The position numbers and the translations under genes are program-made. Source: a virus. Taken from it: a stretch of DNA of 64,000 nucleotides. The DNA is taken from IMG/VR virus record IMGVR_UViG_3300007640_000027; one strand, given 5' to 3'. This document shows, one piece after another, positions 28,181-38,600 of the stretch. Position 1 is the first letter of the stretch. Each line of letters starts with the position of its first letter. Under the pieces are notes generated by a model. That model was not told the DNA's origin, ran no database searches, and saw only the letters and a program-made list of their open reading frames with translations.

Positions 28181-31129
28181 TTAACAGGTTAAGCTAACAT
28201 TTATTCCGATATTAACGGTGAGAATACTTTCTCTAAAATTATCCAAACAAGTTGAATTTGAAACAACCAAATTATTACCACTTCTATAATAATTCAATCC
28301 TGATTGATATAAAGAGTCCAAATACGTATCCAACGCATTATACCAATCTGTTTGTGTCGGATAATCATAAATACCGTATCCTGTATAAAATTTCTGTTGA
28401 ACCAGTATTACATTATCCAATCTCACATCCACATACCACTCTGAAAAAACTGAATTTAAATCACAATTGGAAATTGTAAATCCTGAACTACCCGCACACG
28501 ATTTTAATGCTGTCGCCAATTTTGCCCCAAACTCATTAACCTCCACATCACAATTTAATGTTTGATCAATGCAATCATAACCGAACAATTGTCCGTTATA
28601 TTCGCAAGGAATACACGGAATTGGAATAATTTCACAACCACGTTGTCTTCTCCAAGCAAACTTTTGGCGATTTAATACGTTATTTTCCATTTTCTGACCA
28701 CCCAACCAAATTGTGGTGGCAGGTATCACCTGTTCAACCAATCTCATCCAATAAGGTCCCAAACCTAATGTAAAATCAATCATCTTTTGGTACGTATATT
28801 GATTGGAAGGAATATTAACCGTTTGTTGTGATTGAAGGTATTTCCAATAAATGGATTGCAATGCAGGATAACCACCGTTTTTTCCATCTGTGATCCATTG
28901 GCGGTTCCTAACATTAATCATATTGTTATAAAAGGTCTGCGCAAACTCAAAAAACGTTTTTTCTTGCGGTCTCGGATTAATAACCGTCCAATCAACCCCC
29001 TTCGGCGATGGATATGGTGCAGTTAAACCTGTTGAAGGGAACGGATAATCATATTTGTTGGACATCGTCCAAATATCATACAAAATACCCTGACCCATAT
29101 TCAAATATAAATCAATGTTCTTTCTGTTTAAAACCAACCTCTCATCTTCCACATAATAATATGCATTGTAACCCCCCGTTCTTGATCTTCTCAAACCCGT
29201 CTGATTATCAACCCAACTCTTTTTATTATCATAAATGCGAGTAAGACCGAAACCTAATGGATTAAGGAAGGGGAAATTTCTATACCTATCAAAATATTTC
29301 TCACCATAAGTGAACGGTTCAAATTCCGTTTGAACATTTGGATTCTGACCCGTAAATACTGAATTCTGATCATCAGTGATTAATGGTGAACGGTGATCAG
29401 GTGTTAACTCAAACCAACCCGCACCCTTTTGAAAGAAATAACTGTTGTTAACCACCGGTTTTTTTGGATAACCTTGCGCATCCATCGGAATATCCGCTTG
29501 AGTAATGGTAACCGATGAAAAACTGGTGGATGTGGTAAATCCTGTATATTGAACCCCCTGTAACAGATACACATTATTCGGATCCAAAATGGGGGTCTCA
29601 ATGGCTTTTGTTCCACCTGATATGGTGGACCATTCGTAATTGTATCTATTTAAGTTAATCGGACCATCCGCCATATAAATGGTCTCGTTAAACTCAATTA
29701 AGGCTTTTGGTGCACCAGCCATTCTCAATAAAAACTCAACGGATCTTCTGGTACCTTTTGATTTGAAAAGATATGCCGCATTTAAAATTAAATTTCTATA
29801 AAACTGAAAGTTAATTTCATCAGGTGTTTTTGATACCGTTTGACCAGGATAAACCGACGGTGTCCCCTGACCAAATACAGAATTTAAAAAGGCATCGTTT
29901 GTGATCGGTGAAACATTTGTATTGTAACCTAATGTTGCCGCCAAATTCTTCAATAATTGTGAAGGAATATCATTCTTCACATTATAATTAACTGAATTCA
30001 TATATGCCAACGTATCAACAAACTTTTTAAGTTCATCAAACGCTCTACCATAAATTCTTAATATTTTTGTAACCCTTTGATCTTCGGTGTCAAATTCTTT
30101 GAATGCCCCCGTGGTTAAAAATCTAACAATTAAATCGGTTTTGAAATCATCCAAATTTTCTCCGATCTCTTGCAAACTTTCAATATAAATGTTAAAACGA
30201 TTTGTTCTAATATCCAAGTTCCATAACCCATCAGTTGGCCAAGTAACACTCTTATCAATCTTATATAACTTTCCACTATCAGATTCTTCTATAATCTGAA
30301 ATTTGGAAGTATATTTTGGAACCACCATTCTATTAAGCAAGAATTTTTCCAACTCATCAAAGTTATTGGAAAATGCTTTTTCTGTATTTAATGAATTTGG
30401 TTTAACAACCAAAGGCAATGTTGTTGAGTTATTCCCTGAAAAGGGGTTACCTGCAACTGTAATGGTTACCGTCCCCGCAGATAAACGAACCGAAGGTATA
30501 AAATCAATAATCGGATATTCTGTATTAACATTTGAAACATATAAAGAATATTTTTCAAATTCTCTCGTTAAATTTCTGATCGGAGCAACCTCCATCGGTC
30601 TAACCGACAAATTCCTATCAGAATTTTGTGAATAATCAATATCAAAAGGATTTTTAAAACGAGTAACATCCAAATCAAAAGTGGTGGTGTTATCTATTGA
30701 ATCAAAACTGATATTGGTCGCAGTGTTCGCTGTTGTAAAATCATAATAAACCGAATCAATCTGAATTGCCGCAGGAAAATAATTAATAATCTTAGTAACA
30801 GATACCTCAAATCTTTTTACCAATGAACCATACATATTATAGTTCATAACTTGCGTCACATCAAAGTTTGGATAAACACCCAAATTCTTTGCCGCAATCT
30901 CACGAGATTCAAAATCAGACGTAACATCCAAATCATCCAAAGAAATTGGACCAGAAAACGCACCCAAATTAAAGGTTCTATTTACCTTCTCAACCACAGA
31001 AGTTGAAAACTCAAAGTTACCCTGAGTTAATCCCCCTCCGTCAACAACTTGGAACCCAACCAAATTATCAGAAAAAGTATCTTGTCCGTTTGCAGGTGCT
31101 GGTGGATATCTGAATTTATTACTCGCCAT
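28181..31129 (-). CDS. Baseplate wedge-like protein (tail protein I / T4 gp7-like motif)
   Basis: LKNLAATLGY...YLFKSKGTRRSVEFLLRMAG motif, located in the baseplate cluster. Confidence 0.6.
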   Translation of the reverse strand: MASNKFRYPPAPANGQDTFSDNLVGFQVVDGGGLTQGNFEFSTSVVEKVNRTFNLGAFSGPISLDDLDVTSDFESREIAAKNLGVYPNFDVTQVMNYNMYGSLVKRFEVSVTKIINYFPAAIQIDSVYYDFTTANTATNISFDSIDNTTTFDLDVTRFKNPFDIDYSQNSDRNLSVRPMEVAPIRNLTREFEKYSLYVSNVNTEYPIIDFIPSVRLSAGTVTITVAGNPFSGNNSTTLPLVVKPNSLNTEKAFSNNFDELEKFLLNRMVVPKYTSKFQIIEESDSGKLYKIDKSVTWPTDGLWNLDIRTNRFNIYIESLQEIGENLDDFKTDLIVRFLTTGAFKEFDTEDQRVTKILRIYGRAFDELKKFVDTLAYMNSVNYNVKNDIPSQLLKNLAATLGYNTNVSPITNDAFLNSVFGQGTPSVYPGQTVSKTPDEINFQFYRNLILNAAYLFKSKGTRRSVEFLLRMAGAPKALIEFNETIYMADGPINLNRYNYEWSTISGGTKAIETPILDPNNVYLLQGVQYTGFTTSTSFSSVTITQADIPMDAQGYPKKPVVNNSYFFQKGAGWFELTPDHRSPLITDDQNSVFTGQNPNVQTEFEPFTYGEKYFDRYRNFPFLNPLGFGLTRIYDNKKSWVDNQTGLRRSRTGGYNAYYYVEDERLVLNRKNIDLYLNMGQGILYDIWTMSNKYDYPFPSTGLTAPYPSPKGVDWTVINPRPQEKTFFEFAQTFYNNMINVRNRQWITDGKNGGYPALQSIYWKYLQSQQTVNIPSNQYTYQKMIDFTLGLGPYWMRLVEQVIPATTIWLGGQKMENNVLNRQKFAWRRQRGCEIIPIPCIPCEYNGQLFGYDCIDQTLNCDVEVNEFGAKLATALKSCAGSSGFTISNCDLNSVFSEWYVDVRLDNVILVQQKFYTGYGIYDYPTQTDWYNALDTYLDSLYQSGLNYYRSGNNLVVSNSTCLDNFRESILTVNIGINVSLTC

Positions 31130-31133
31130 ATTC

Positions 31134-32042
31134 TTAATCTATAATGTTTGTAAAATTCTTACTGAAATCTATATTACTTCCACGATCCTGTCTGACCTCA
31201 TATAATAAGTTGTTAAACTGATCCCTAATCTCAAATAAATTATATTGTTTATAAATATTGGCATCAGAATCATAAAGTGTATAAATTCCATCTTCAATAC
31301 TTTTGGTCTGATCACCATATAATGCAATCGCCAACGTATCAATATCGTGTTCCGCCATCTCAATCTCCACCGTGATCGGATTGAAATACGTGTTGGTGAT
31401 AATGATATTTTGATTCGGCTGACCAATATAAGGGGTCGCGTTTGGATTATTGGAAGGAGCACTTGCCGGTGACACCGTACAAAAAATTAAATCTGTTGCA
31501 CCTTGAACATACCTATAACGAATCGCTTTTTGTTGTGAATTGGTTAAATTTGTAACCACTGGTTCACAGAAAAATGATGAGGTGATAATTCTATAAAAAT
31601 TTGGTATCTTTGTTCCGTTGTTATTCAAATATTCAACTCTATAACCTACCAAACCCTGAGATATAAAACGGTTACGGAACTTCGCAGGAACATTATTCAA
31701 ATCAATAACAATACCTTTTACGTTTGGTAATGCAGATAAAACCCCACAATCTGTAATCGTGGTACGAATCTCCGCAGGACGAATATACAAAGTATATATC
31801 CCCAACTGATTGAATTCATCTGCTGGTAATTTCAAATTATATAATCCACCCAAAATTTCCACATTCGCATTTCCACCCGTATTGGCATTATGAAAATATG
31901 GCGTCAATATATTTGAAGCATTTAATTTTTTTAATACAAACTGATTTGTAACGTCCCTTGAAGGTGTATAATTCAAAATTATATCCACATCTTCTGGTGA
32001 CATATCTGCCGGTCTAACCGTTCCGTAAGTTCCTAAACTCAT
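31134..32042 (-). CDS. Hypothetical virion/baseplate-cluster protein (302 aa)
   Basis: Clean ORF, tightly packed in the operon. Confidence 0.6.
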   Translation of the reverse strand: MSLGTYGTVRPADMSPEDVDIILNYTPSRDVTNQFVLKKLNASNILTPYFHNANTGGNANVEILGGLYNLKLPADEFNQLGIYTLYIRPAEIRTTITDCGVLSALPNVKGIVIDLNNVPAKFRNRFISQGLVGYRVEYLNNNGTKIPNFYRIITSSFFCEPVVTNLTNSQQKAIRYRYVQGATDLIFCTVSPASAPSNNPNATPYIGQPNQNIIITNTYFNPITVEIEMAEHDIDTLAIALYGDQTKSIEDGIYTLYDSDANIYKQYNLFEIRDQFNNLLYEVRQDRGSNIDFSKNFTNIID

Positions 32043-32044
32043 AA

Positions 32045-33124
32045 TTATTGTTCATTTATCTTAAAGAAACCATATCCATAACGAACAAGATCTCCTAGGT
32101 TATCAACTTCACCAATTCTTTGCAAAGCTTCAAAGGCTGAATTCTTCCCCCTTTGTATAAATATTTCCGATTGTATTTCTGGTGAGTCAACTACGTTCAT
32201 TAATACTTCTTCTTTTGTAATTCCCGTGGCAACCAACATATTTGAGGTTAAACCCGATGAATTTAATACAAAAACCGTCTTACCATTCGCATAATCAAAA
32301 TAGGTAACATTATCTATCGTATAAGACGTATAACTCGGATTTATGCTCAATACCTGACCATAATCCTGACCAAATTTCTTAACAATAACCGAAGGATTAT
32401 ACTTAACCGTACCATATAATTTTAATTCATCCAATTTGGAAGAAGTATAACCCGTAACCACAAATGGAACACTTGTGAAATTGTTGGACGTTTGCTGCGA
32501 AACCACATTTTCACTGTCACCCGTGAAAATAAAATCATAATTCAACGGAATACCCGACCAATTACCACCCTGAGGAGTAAATGTAATGTTACCCTGAGGA
32601 TTGGAAATCGTTACACCAGAAAAAGGGGATTGAACCGTTTGCAATACCTGAGTCACACCCCAAGGATTGGTCTGCGTTAATGTAACCGTATACCCCGATG
32701 GTGTTGGAGGATAAGTGTGTGACACCGCATTTGGTGAAGTTGTTGTTATAATGTCAGTCGTCCCATCACCCCAATCTACCTCATAAGAAGAAAGTTGCAA
32801 AAACTTTTTAAATTGACTTGAGGTGTTATATAATAATAATTGGTATACGCTTGAGGGGTTGCCCGAATAAACAAAATTATTAACCACATCTTTTTGTAAT
32901 ATAAAACCATCAAAAGGTGAATAAAAACCAATATCATTAAACTTTTGTGTAAATAATATTGGAATGGTTAATCCCGTTAACAAACTATCCCCATTTGTTC
33001 CACCAGATAAAAGGGCGGTCATTGCAGAATAAACACCAAAAGTCACCCCACTTAAAGTTTGTTGTGAAATATTGGTTAACAAACTCTCAGGCGAAACCTT
33101 AATATAATATTGTTCTTGTTCCAT
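32045..33124 (-). CDS. PKD-domain-containing virion protein
   Basis: YEVDWGDG...SHTY...YTVTLT PKD signature. Confidence 0.6.
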   Translation of the reverse strand: MEQEQYYIKVSPESLLTNISQQTLSGVTFGVYSAMTALLSGGTNGDSLLTGLTIPILFTQKFNDIGFYSPFDGFILQKDVVNNFVYSGNPSSVYQLLLYNTSSQFKKFLQLSSYEVDWGDGTTDIITTTSPNAVSHTYPPTPSGYTVTLTQTNPWGVTQVLQTVQSPFSGVTISNPQGNITFTPQGGNWSGIPLNYDFIFTGDSENVVSQQTSNNFTSVPFVVTGYTSSKLDELKLYGTVKYNPSVIVKKFGQDYGQVLSINPSYTSYTIDNVTYFDYANGKTVFVLNSSGLTSNMLVATGITKEEVLMNVVDSPEIQSEIFIQRGKNSAFEALQRIGEVDNLGDLVRYGYGFFKINEQ

Positions 33125-33978
33125 TATGGATTAACATATTCATACCAGTTTATGGATTCATATTTTGTTCCCACTCTTCCCAAATTACCATAAGTTTTAT
33201 AAACCCCATATTCGTGAGAGTTATAATTTAAATCCAACTTATAATAAAAATAATCTTGTGGTGGAAAATTGGTCGGATCAATAATCTGACTTTGTGGTCT
33301 ATTCAAAAAGCGAACAAACTCACCAATTTTGGCGTTAAAGAATTTTGCCGACATATAAAACTCCGTAATGTTATAATAAGATATGTCTTTTAACCAATAA
33401 ACAAAAAACCCTTCCTTATCCCCAACAAAATCCAAATTGAAATTTGGGATGTTAACATCCACAATCTTTTGCAATTGAATTCGTTGTGATCCAATATTGG
33501 TTGAGGTTTTTAAACCTTGCTGGGTCGGAATAATAATGGTGAAATAAATTTTTTGATTTGCGGGATCAGGATTATCATAAAAGTCCAATTTGAAAAAACT
33601 ATTTTTAAATGAATTCACATAAAAATAAATTTCCTTGTTGGTGAAACTCCTTCCGCTAAATGAAGTACCCGTTGATGCGGTATATGATGTTAACCAATTT
33701 GATGCAGATGAGGTCGCCACCGATTGACCATAATCATAAAACTTGAAATTATAATCAATTACAGTTTTATATACATCATTTTGAATGTCCAACCATCTCA
33801 AATGTGAAAAACGATTGACCTCAAAATCTTCAATCGGATTAATCACCTTTTCCACCACATCTTGCTCATATTCTTGGATCAAATCCTCACGTCCCACCGC
33901 ATCCCAATCTATTTCAATCGGAATGTTGATGTATTGCTCATTCGGCTTTAATGATATTCTAAATTTATTCACAGTCAT
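33124..33978 (-). CDS. Hypothetical baseplate-cluster protein (284 aa)
   Basis: Overlaps both neighbours, aromatic-rich. Confidence 0.6.
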   Translation of the reverse strand: MTVNKFRISLKPNEQYINIPIEIDWDAVGREDLIQEYEQDVVEKVINPIEDFEVNRFSHLRWLDIQNDVYKTVIDYNFKFYDYGQSVATSSASNWLTSYTASTGTSFSGRSFTNKEIYFYVNSFKNSFFKLDFYDNPDPANQKIYFTIIIPTQQGLKTSTNIGSQRIQLQKIVDVNIPNFNLDFVGDKEGFFVYWLKDISYYNITEFYMSAKFFNAKIGEFVRFLNRPQSQIIDPTNFPPQDYFYYKLDLNYNSHEYGVYKTYGNLGRVGTKYESINWYEYVNP

Positions 33979-35671
33979 CTATTACTGGTGGATATGACAC
34001 CACATTATAGTTTATTGCACTTTGTTTTTTCATCGGACGTTGCAAGAAAATAATCTGAGAAAAAGGATAATGCGCCCCATTTAAAAATGGATAATCCACA
34101 CCAATACCATCCGCATCCACATACCCATATTCAAACAAATCTCTCCACCTCCATTTATTTTCATACTCCGAGAAAAATGCATAATCAGGAATGTTATCAA
34201 CATCCTCCCGATTACCCTTTTCAACATAACTTGAATATTCTTTGATCTTCACCATATGGTGAGGCACATATGAATATCCATTCGGCGAATTGGAACTTGA
34301 ATTATTGGAAAAATGATTCGGATTAAATGAAAACTTATGCGACATCTTTGATACCACATACTCTTTTTGAAGATATTGATTGAACTCACAAAAATCACCC
34401 TTCAAAATATCATTTACACCCAACGTTCCGTTATATGTAAATACCCTCGCACCAACATTATAAAACTGCTTCGGGACATTTGACCTGTTATTTACCCAAT
34501 TTGAAAGATTCCACCACGCATCTGTATTATCCGGATTGAAATTAAAATCCCAACCAATCTGCAAATTCGTGTTATTGTTGTTACTGTTACCAAACCAACC
34601 ATAAAAACCCTTATGCACAATCGTAACAAATAACTCAGATATCGGACGATCCAAATTGTCCCTTAATAATGAAATATCCACATCCTTATCAAAACTAAAA
34701 GTATAACTCTGATTACCATTTAATGTGGATATCCTCGTCTTATGATCAGGAGTTATCGCAGAATATTCCAATTTTCTCCTTTTTGGAAATGCATTATTCT
34801 CAAAACCAGCACGAGTTAAATCCAAATCAGTCGGCGTTAACAATACCTGATGCCTTTTTACATAATACTCAGAAAGCGTCTCACCACTATTATTGATATC
34901 AACAATCCTCCTAAATGTCCCCAAAGCACCCTCCAAAGATACACCTTGCGAAAAACCAAAATTAAAAATGGAAAAAACCGTTTTTTCATTTCCATAACTT
35001 TTATCACCCAAAGAATATACCTCAAACTTATCACGACCATTTATCGTGAAATTTAAATATACATAATCACCCACACTCAAATTGTGATTACCACCACAAT
35101 AAAAAGTAATTAATTTTTTACCCGAAACAACCCTGTTTTTGATCACAAAAGGTATTCCGTCAGAAACATTAAATGTTAACGTGTTACCCGAAAACGGATC
35201 CTTAAATTGCATCGTCTGACCCGTGAAATTATCATAAGGTCTGGTCAAATAAATGTCCCAATTATACGTGGACGCACTCTTTGATAGAAATTTTGGATGA
35301 CCCGTAATTCCACTCGTTCTGAAAAAATCAAACTCAGGAAAGGGGGGATAACCTTTCCATACATTATTAACAATTGAAACTTCAGGTTCCAAATAATATA
35401 AAGAATTTAAATATGGTGGATATGTTGTTGTACCTGAAATTGTATTTTCAAAAATATTTGTTATTTTTCCCGAAATTCTAATAATACTACTTTCTTGTCT
35501 TTCCTTATTGAATCTCTGTTCCAAATCAACAATAACTGTTCTATCACCCTCAATCTTATTCAACTGAGAACTTTGAAAAGGTACTTGAACAAATAGATTC
35601 GTATTAGATGAAGACGCGAATCTATCCGACCCTCTAACAATTCTAATATCTGTTGTTTTTTTGTTACCCAT
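33965..35671 (-). CDS. Hypothetical baseplate-cluster protein (568 aa)
   Basis: TAATG-type coupling to the upstream gene. HNLSVGDYVYL motif is common in virion proteins. Confidence 0.6.
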   Translation of the reverse strand: MGNKKTTDIRIVRGSDRFASSSNTNLFVQVPFQSSQLNKIEGDRTVIVDLEQRFNKERQESSIIRISGKITNIFENTISGTTTYPPYLNSLYYLEPEVSIVNNVWKGYPPFPEFDFFRTSGITGHPKFLSKSASTYNWDIYLTRPYDNFTGQTMQFKDPFSGNTLTFNVSDGIPFVIKNRVVSGKKLITFYCGGNHNLSVGDYVYLNFTINGRDKFEVYSLGDKSYGNEKTVFSIFNFGFSQGVSLEGALGTFRRIVDINNSGETLSEYYVKRHQVLLTPTDLDLTRAGFENNAFPKRRKLEYSAITPDHKTRISTLNGNQSYTFSFDKDVDISLLRDNLDRPISELFVTIVHKGFYGWFGNSNNNNTNLQIGWDFNFNPDNTDAWWNLSNWVNNRSNVPKQFYNVGARVFTYNGTLGVNDILKGDFCEFNQYLQKEYVVSKMSHKFSFNPNHFSNNSSSNSPNGYSYVPHHMVKIKEYSSYVEKGNREDVDNIPDYAFFSEYENKWRWRDLFEYGYVDADGIGVDYPFLNGAHYPFSQIIFLQRPMKKQSAINYNVVSYPPVIDDCE

Positions 35672-38600
35672 TATTGAACTGTTAAATAATCTTTTATGAA
35701 ACGATCCATTGCGGTTTTACCTTTTTTCAATCCGAAATAAAAATGGAACGGAGCACCTACTTTAAATCCATAGTCTAAATAACCCTCACTATCATATCCA
35801 ATTATATTATTTGTTTGACCTGCAGTATTAAATATAGGTGCAGGTACACCATTTATACGGTTGTATATGTATCCAGTACCAAAACCACCAGCAGGATTAA
35901 CATAAGGACTCGGTGAAGTATTAAAATTATCACCTTGATATTCCCTTTTTGGGAATGTTCCAGTATTTGAATTCGCAACAGTATACCAGTTATTGGTTGT
36001 CCTACCCCACAAGCTGGCAGTAAATGCATCATACTTAATAATCCACGGATAACCACTTACTTCTTGTGTGTTACTATAACCAAATTTATTTTGAATACCA
36101 TTGGTTATTGGTCCAATTGTTATCTCGCCATCGGTCAATAATCTTCTATTTACTGTATTAGCACCATAAAAAATACCAATTGTTGTTCTAGCAGGAATAG
36201 GTATCGTAAAACCAAGGAAATTAATGTTTATTAGTTCAGGTATTAATTGTTGAGCACTGCTCGGATAATTACCATCAAAAAATGGTACTATTCCATATTC
36301 TGAATTTATACTGTAAGCCTGTGCAACATCTCCCGTTATTCTACCGTCAAATAATCTTTGGAAAGTCCCTGTTGTATTACTAACTACTCTGTTATTAAAA
36401 AACATATTAATACTCTGAGAATCAAACAAACTCAAACCAGTAGTTCCTTGTTGTTTATTCGCAGAATTAGTTAATATACCAATAGCAGATAAGGCACTAA
36501 TATCATCATTATTGTTATATGTTGTGGGTTTAAGAGTATTAACATAGTAACCCAAATAATTTGGATCCAAGTTAGCGTTAACCAAATATGGCGCCTTTGG
36601 TCCAAGTTCCATCACTGTAGTTGGAAACCATAAGTTTGTATCGTTTTGACCAAAATAACCCGTTCTTGAAGGTACCTGTCCTATAAAATCAAAATCATCA
36701 TTCGCAACATTGTATTTTGATGGTGTACTTCTATGATAAAAATTATTAGTACTATTATCAAAATATACCGGCCCCTGATGATTTAAACCTGAGAAAAAGT
36801 TATTATCATCACCACAATATTCATATCTTTGGACTTCATTGCTTGAATTATAAATTGTGTTTTTTTGAAAAGGTATCATATATAATGAACCGTTTACCCA
36901 ATTATTTTGGAACATTTCACCAATTACATTATCACATAACCCTTGAATAAACTTAATCCGTGAAACCCACTCAAAAAGCATTTTATAATCAACAGGAATA
37001 CTAAGAATAAATGGATCTCTAACTAATACATAACATCCATTTTTCATCCTGTTATATCTATTAATACTCAAACCATAATCACAATTCTTATCTGACGCAG
37101 GTTTTAAACCAAAACTATTACCAAATCCGTCATAACATTGCAAAAGATCCATATTACCACAAGAATAAAATTGATCCAATAATGATTGATCCAAAACTGT
37201 AGTATCTTCTTGTGAGTCCTGACCTGTACCTGATACATCAAAATTGGTGGTTGTCAGTTCTCCACCAATAATATCAGAAACAGACCCTTGATCATCAAAC
37301 AGATACGCCGTAAAATCTCGGTTTAAATGAAGGGCAAAATTTTGAAACTTTAATATAGTATTAATTGTATTATCAAACCCATATTTTTCAAAATCCGATG
37401 TTGGTAATCTGTCTGATCTAAAAACTATATTATTGGAATTTGACATTGTAGTTTTTGGATTACTCGTAGTACCTGAAAAATGATAACTAGATGATATTGT
37501 CCATACCTTTGCCGAAGGATTATTCACAATAATTCCATTGCCATTCGGATTGTTAAAATTAGAAAACTGATATGTTGACCCTTCAACTCTTTCAATTAAA
37601 GTTGTACTTAATTCATTATTAACTGTCTCATAACCGTTAGATCCAAAACTATATGCCGGATCACTCAAAATACTACTAACCGATTTATCTATTGAAGAAT
37701 AAAACGTAAACCCGCTCGTATCATAAGAAACATAATCATTACTATCAGGTACAAATGTAAATGAAGGGTGATATAAACTACTGTTATTATTAACAGAATC
37801 ATTATATAAGTTAGTTGAGGTTAAATAATCATAATGAGATTCTGGTGTTTTATAATCGTGGAACCACGTACCCACACCTGTATTCGGTTGAATTGGAACA
37901 TTTAAGAAATAATTACCTGATACCTCAACCGTCCCATTAAAACTTGTTTCACCAAATAATTTGGATAAATCATATTTTATTTTTTGTTTTGGTGTATATA
38001 CATCCACACCTCTAGTTAAGAAATAAATAACCGCATTTGAGTTACCAGGAATATTAGTTGGACTACTTGCACTTATATCCGTAGTAGCAACATCTCTGAA
38101 CAAATCAATATCCGTAAAATCAATTATACTTCCTGATGAAGTACAAAAAAACTGACTTGTTTTTTCAAAAATATATTTCTTTAATAAACTAACACCAGAA
38201 CCCAATTTACTTTCAGCCTCAGAAAGAGTCATTCCTGTTATAACCTGAAAATACTCAATACCTGAAGTGAAATTATATGAATTTGAAGTTTGCGTATTAT
38301 AAATATCAATATTAACTACCCCAACAGTTCCGTCTGGTTTTATATATGTGACCGAAGACCCCACATAATTTGTAGAACTATTTAAACTACTTCCCGTTAA
38401 ATTAAAATTGTTAAATTGATTTAAACCCGTACCACTATATAGACCAAAGTTATTGTCCGTAATACCAGAAGGGTTAACAAAACTCATAATTGTTGACGCA
38501 GATATGGTCGTACCTGAATCCATCACTAATATTAGTGGTAAATCAGTAAAGGCTTGTGAGTTGTTTGGAACACCCTGCAATTGATCATTAATTATTTCCG

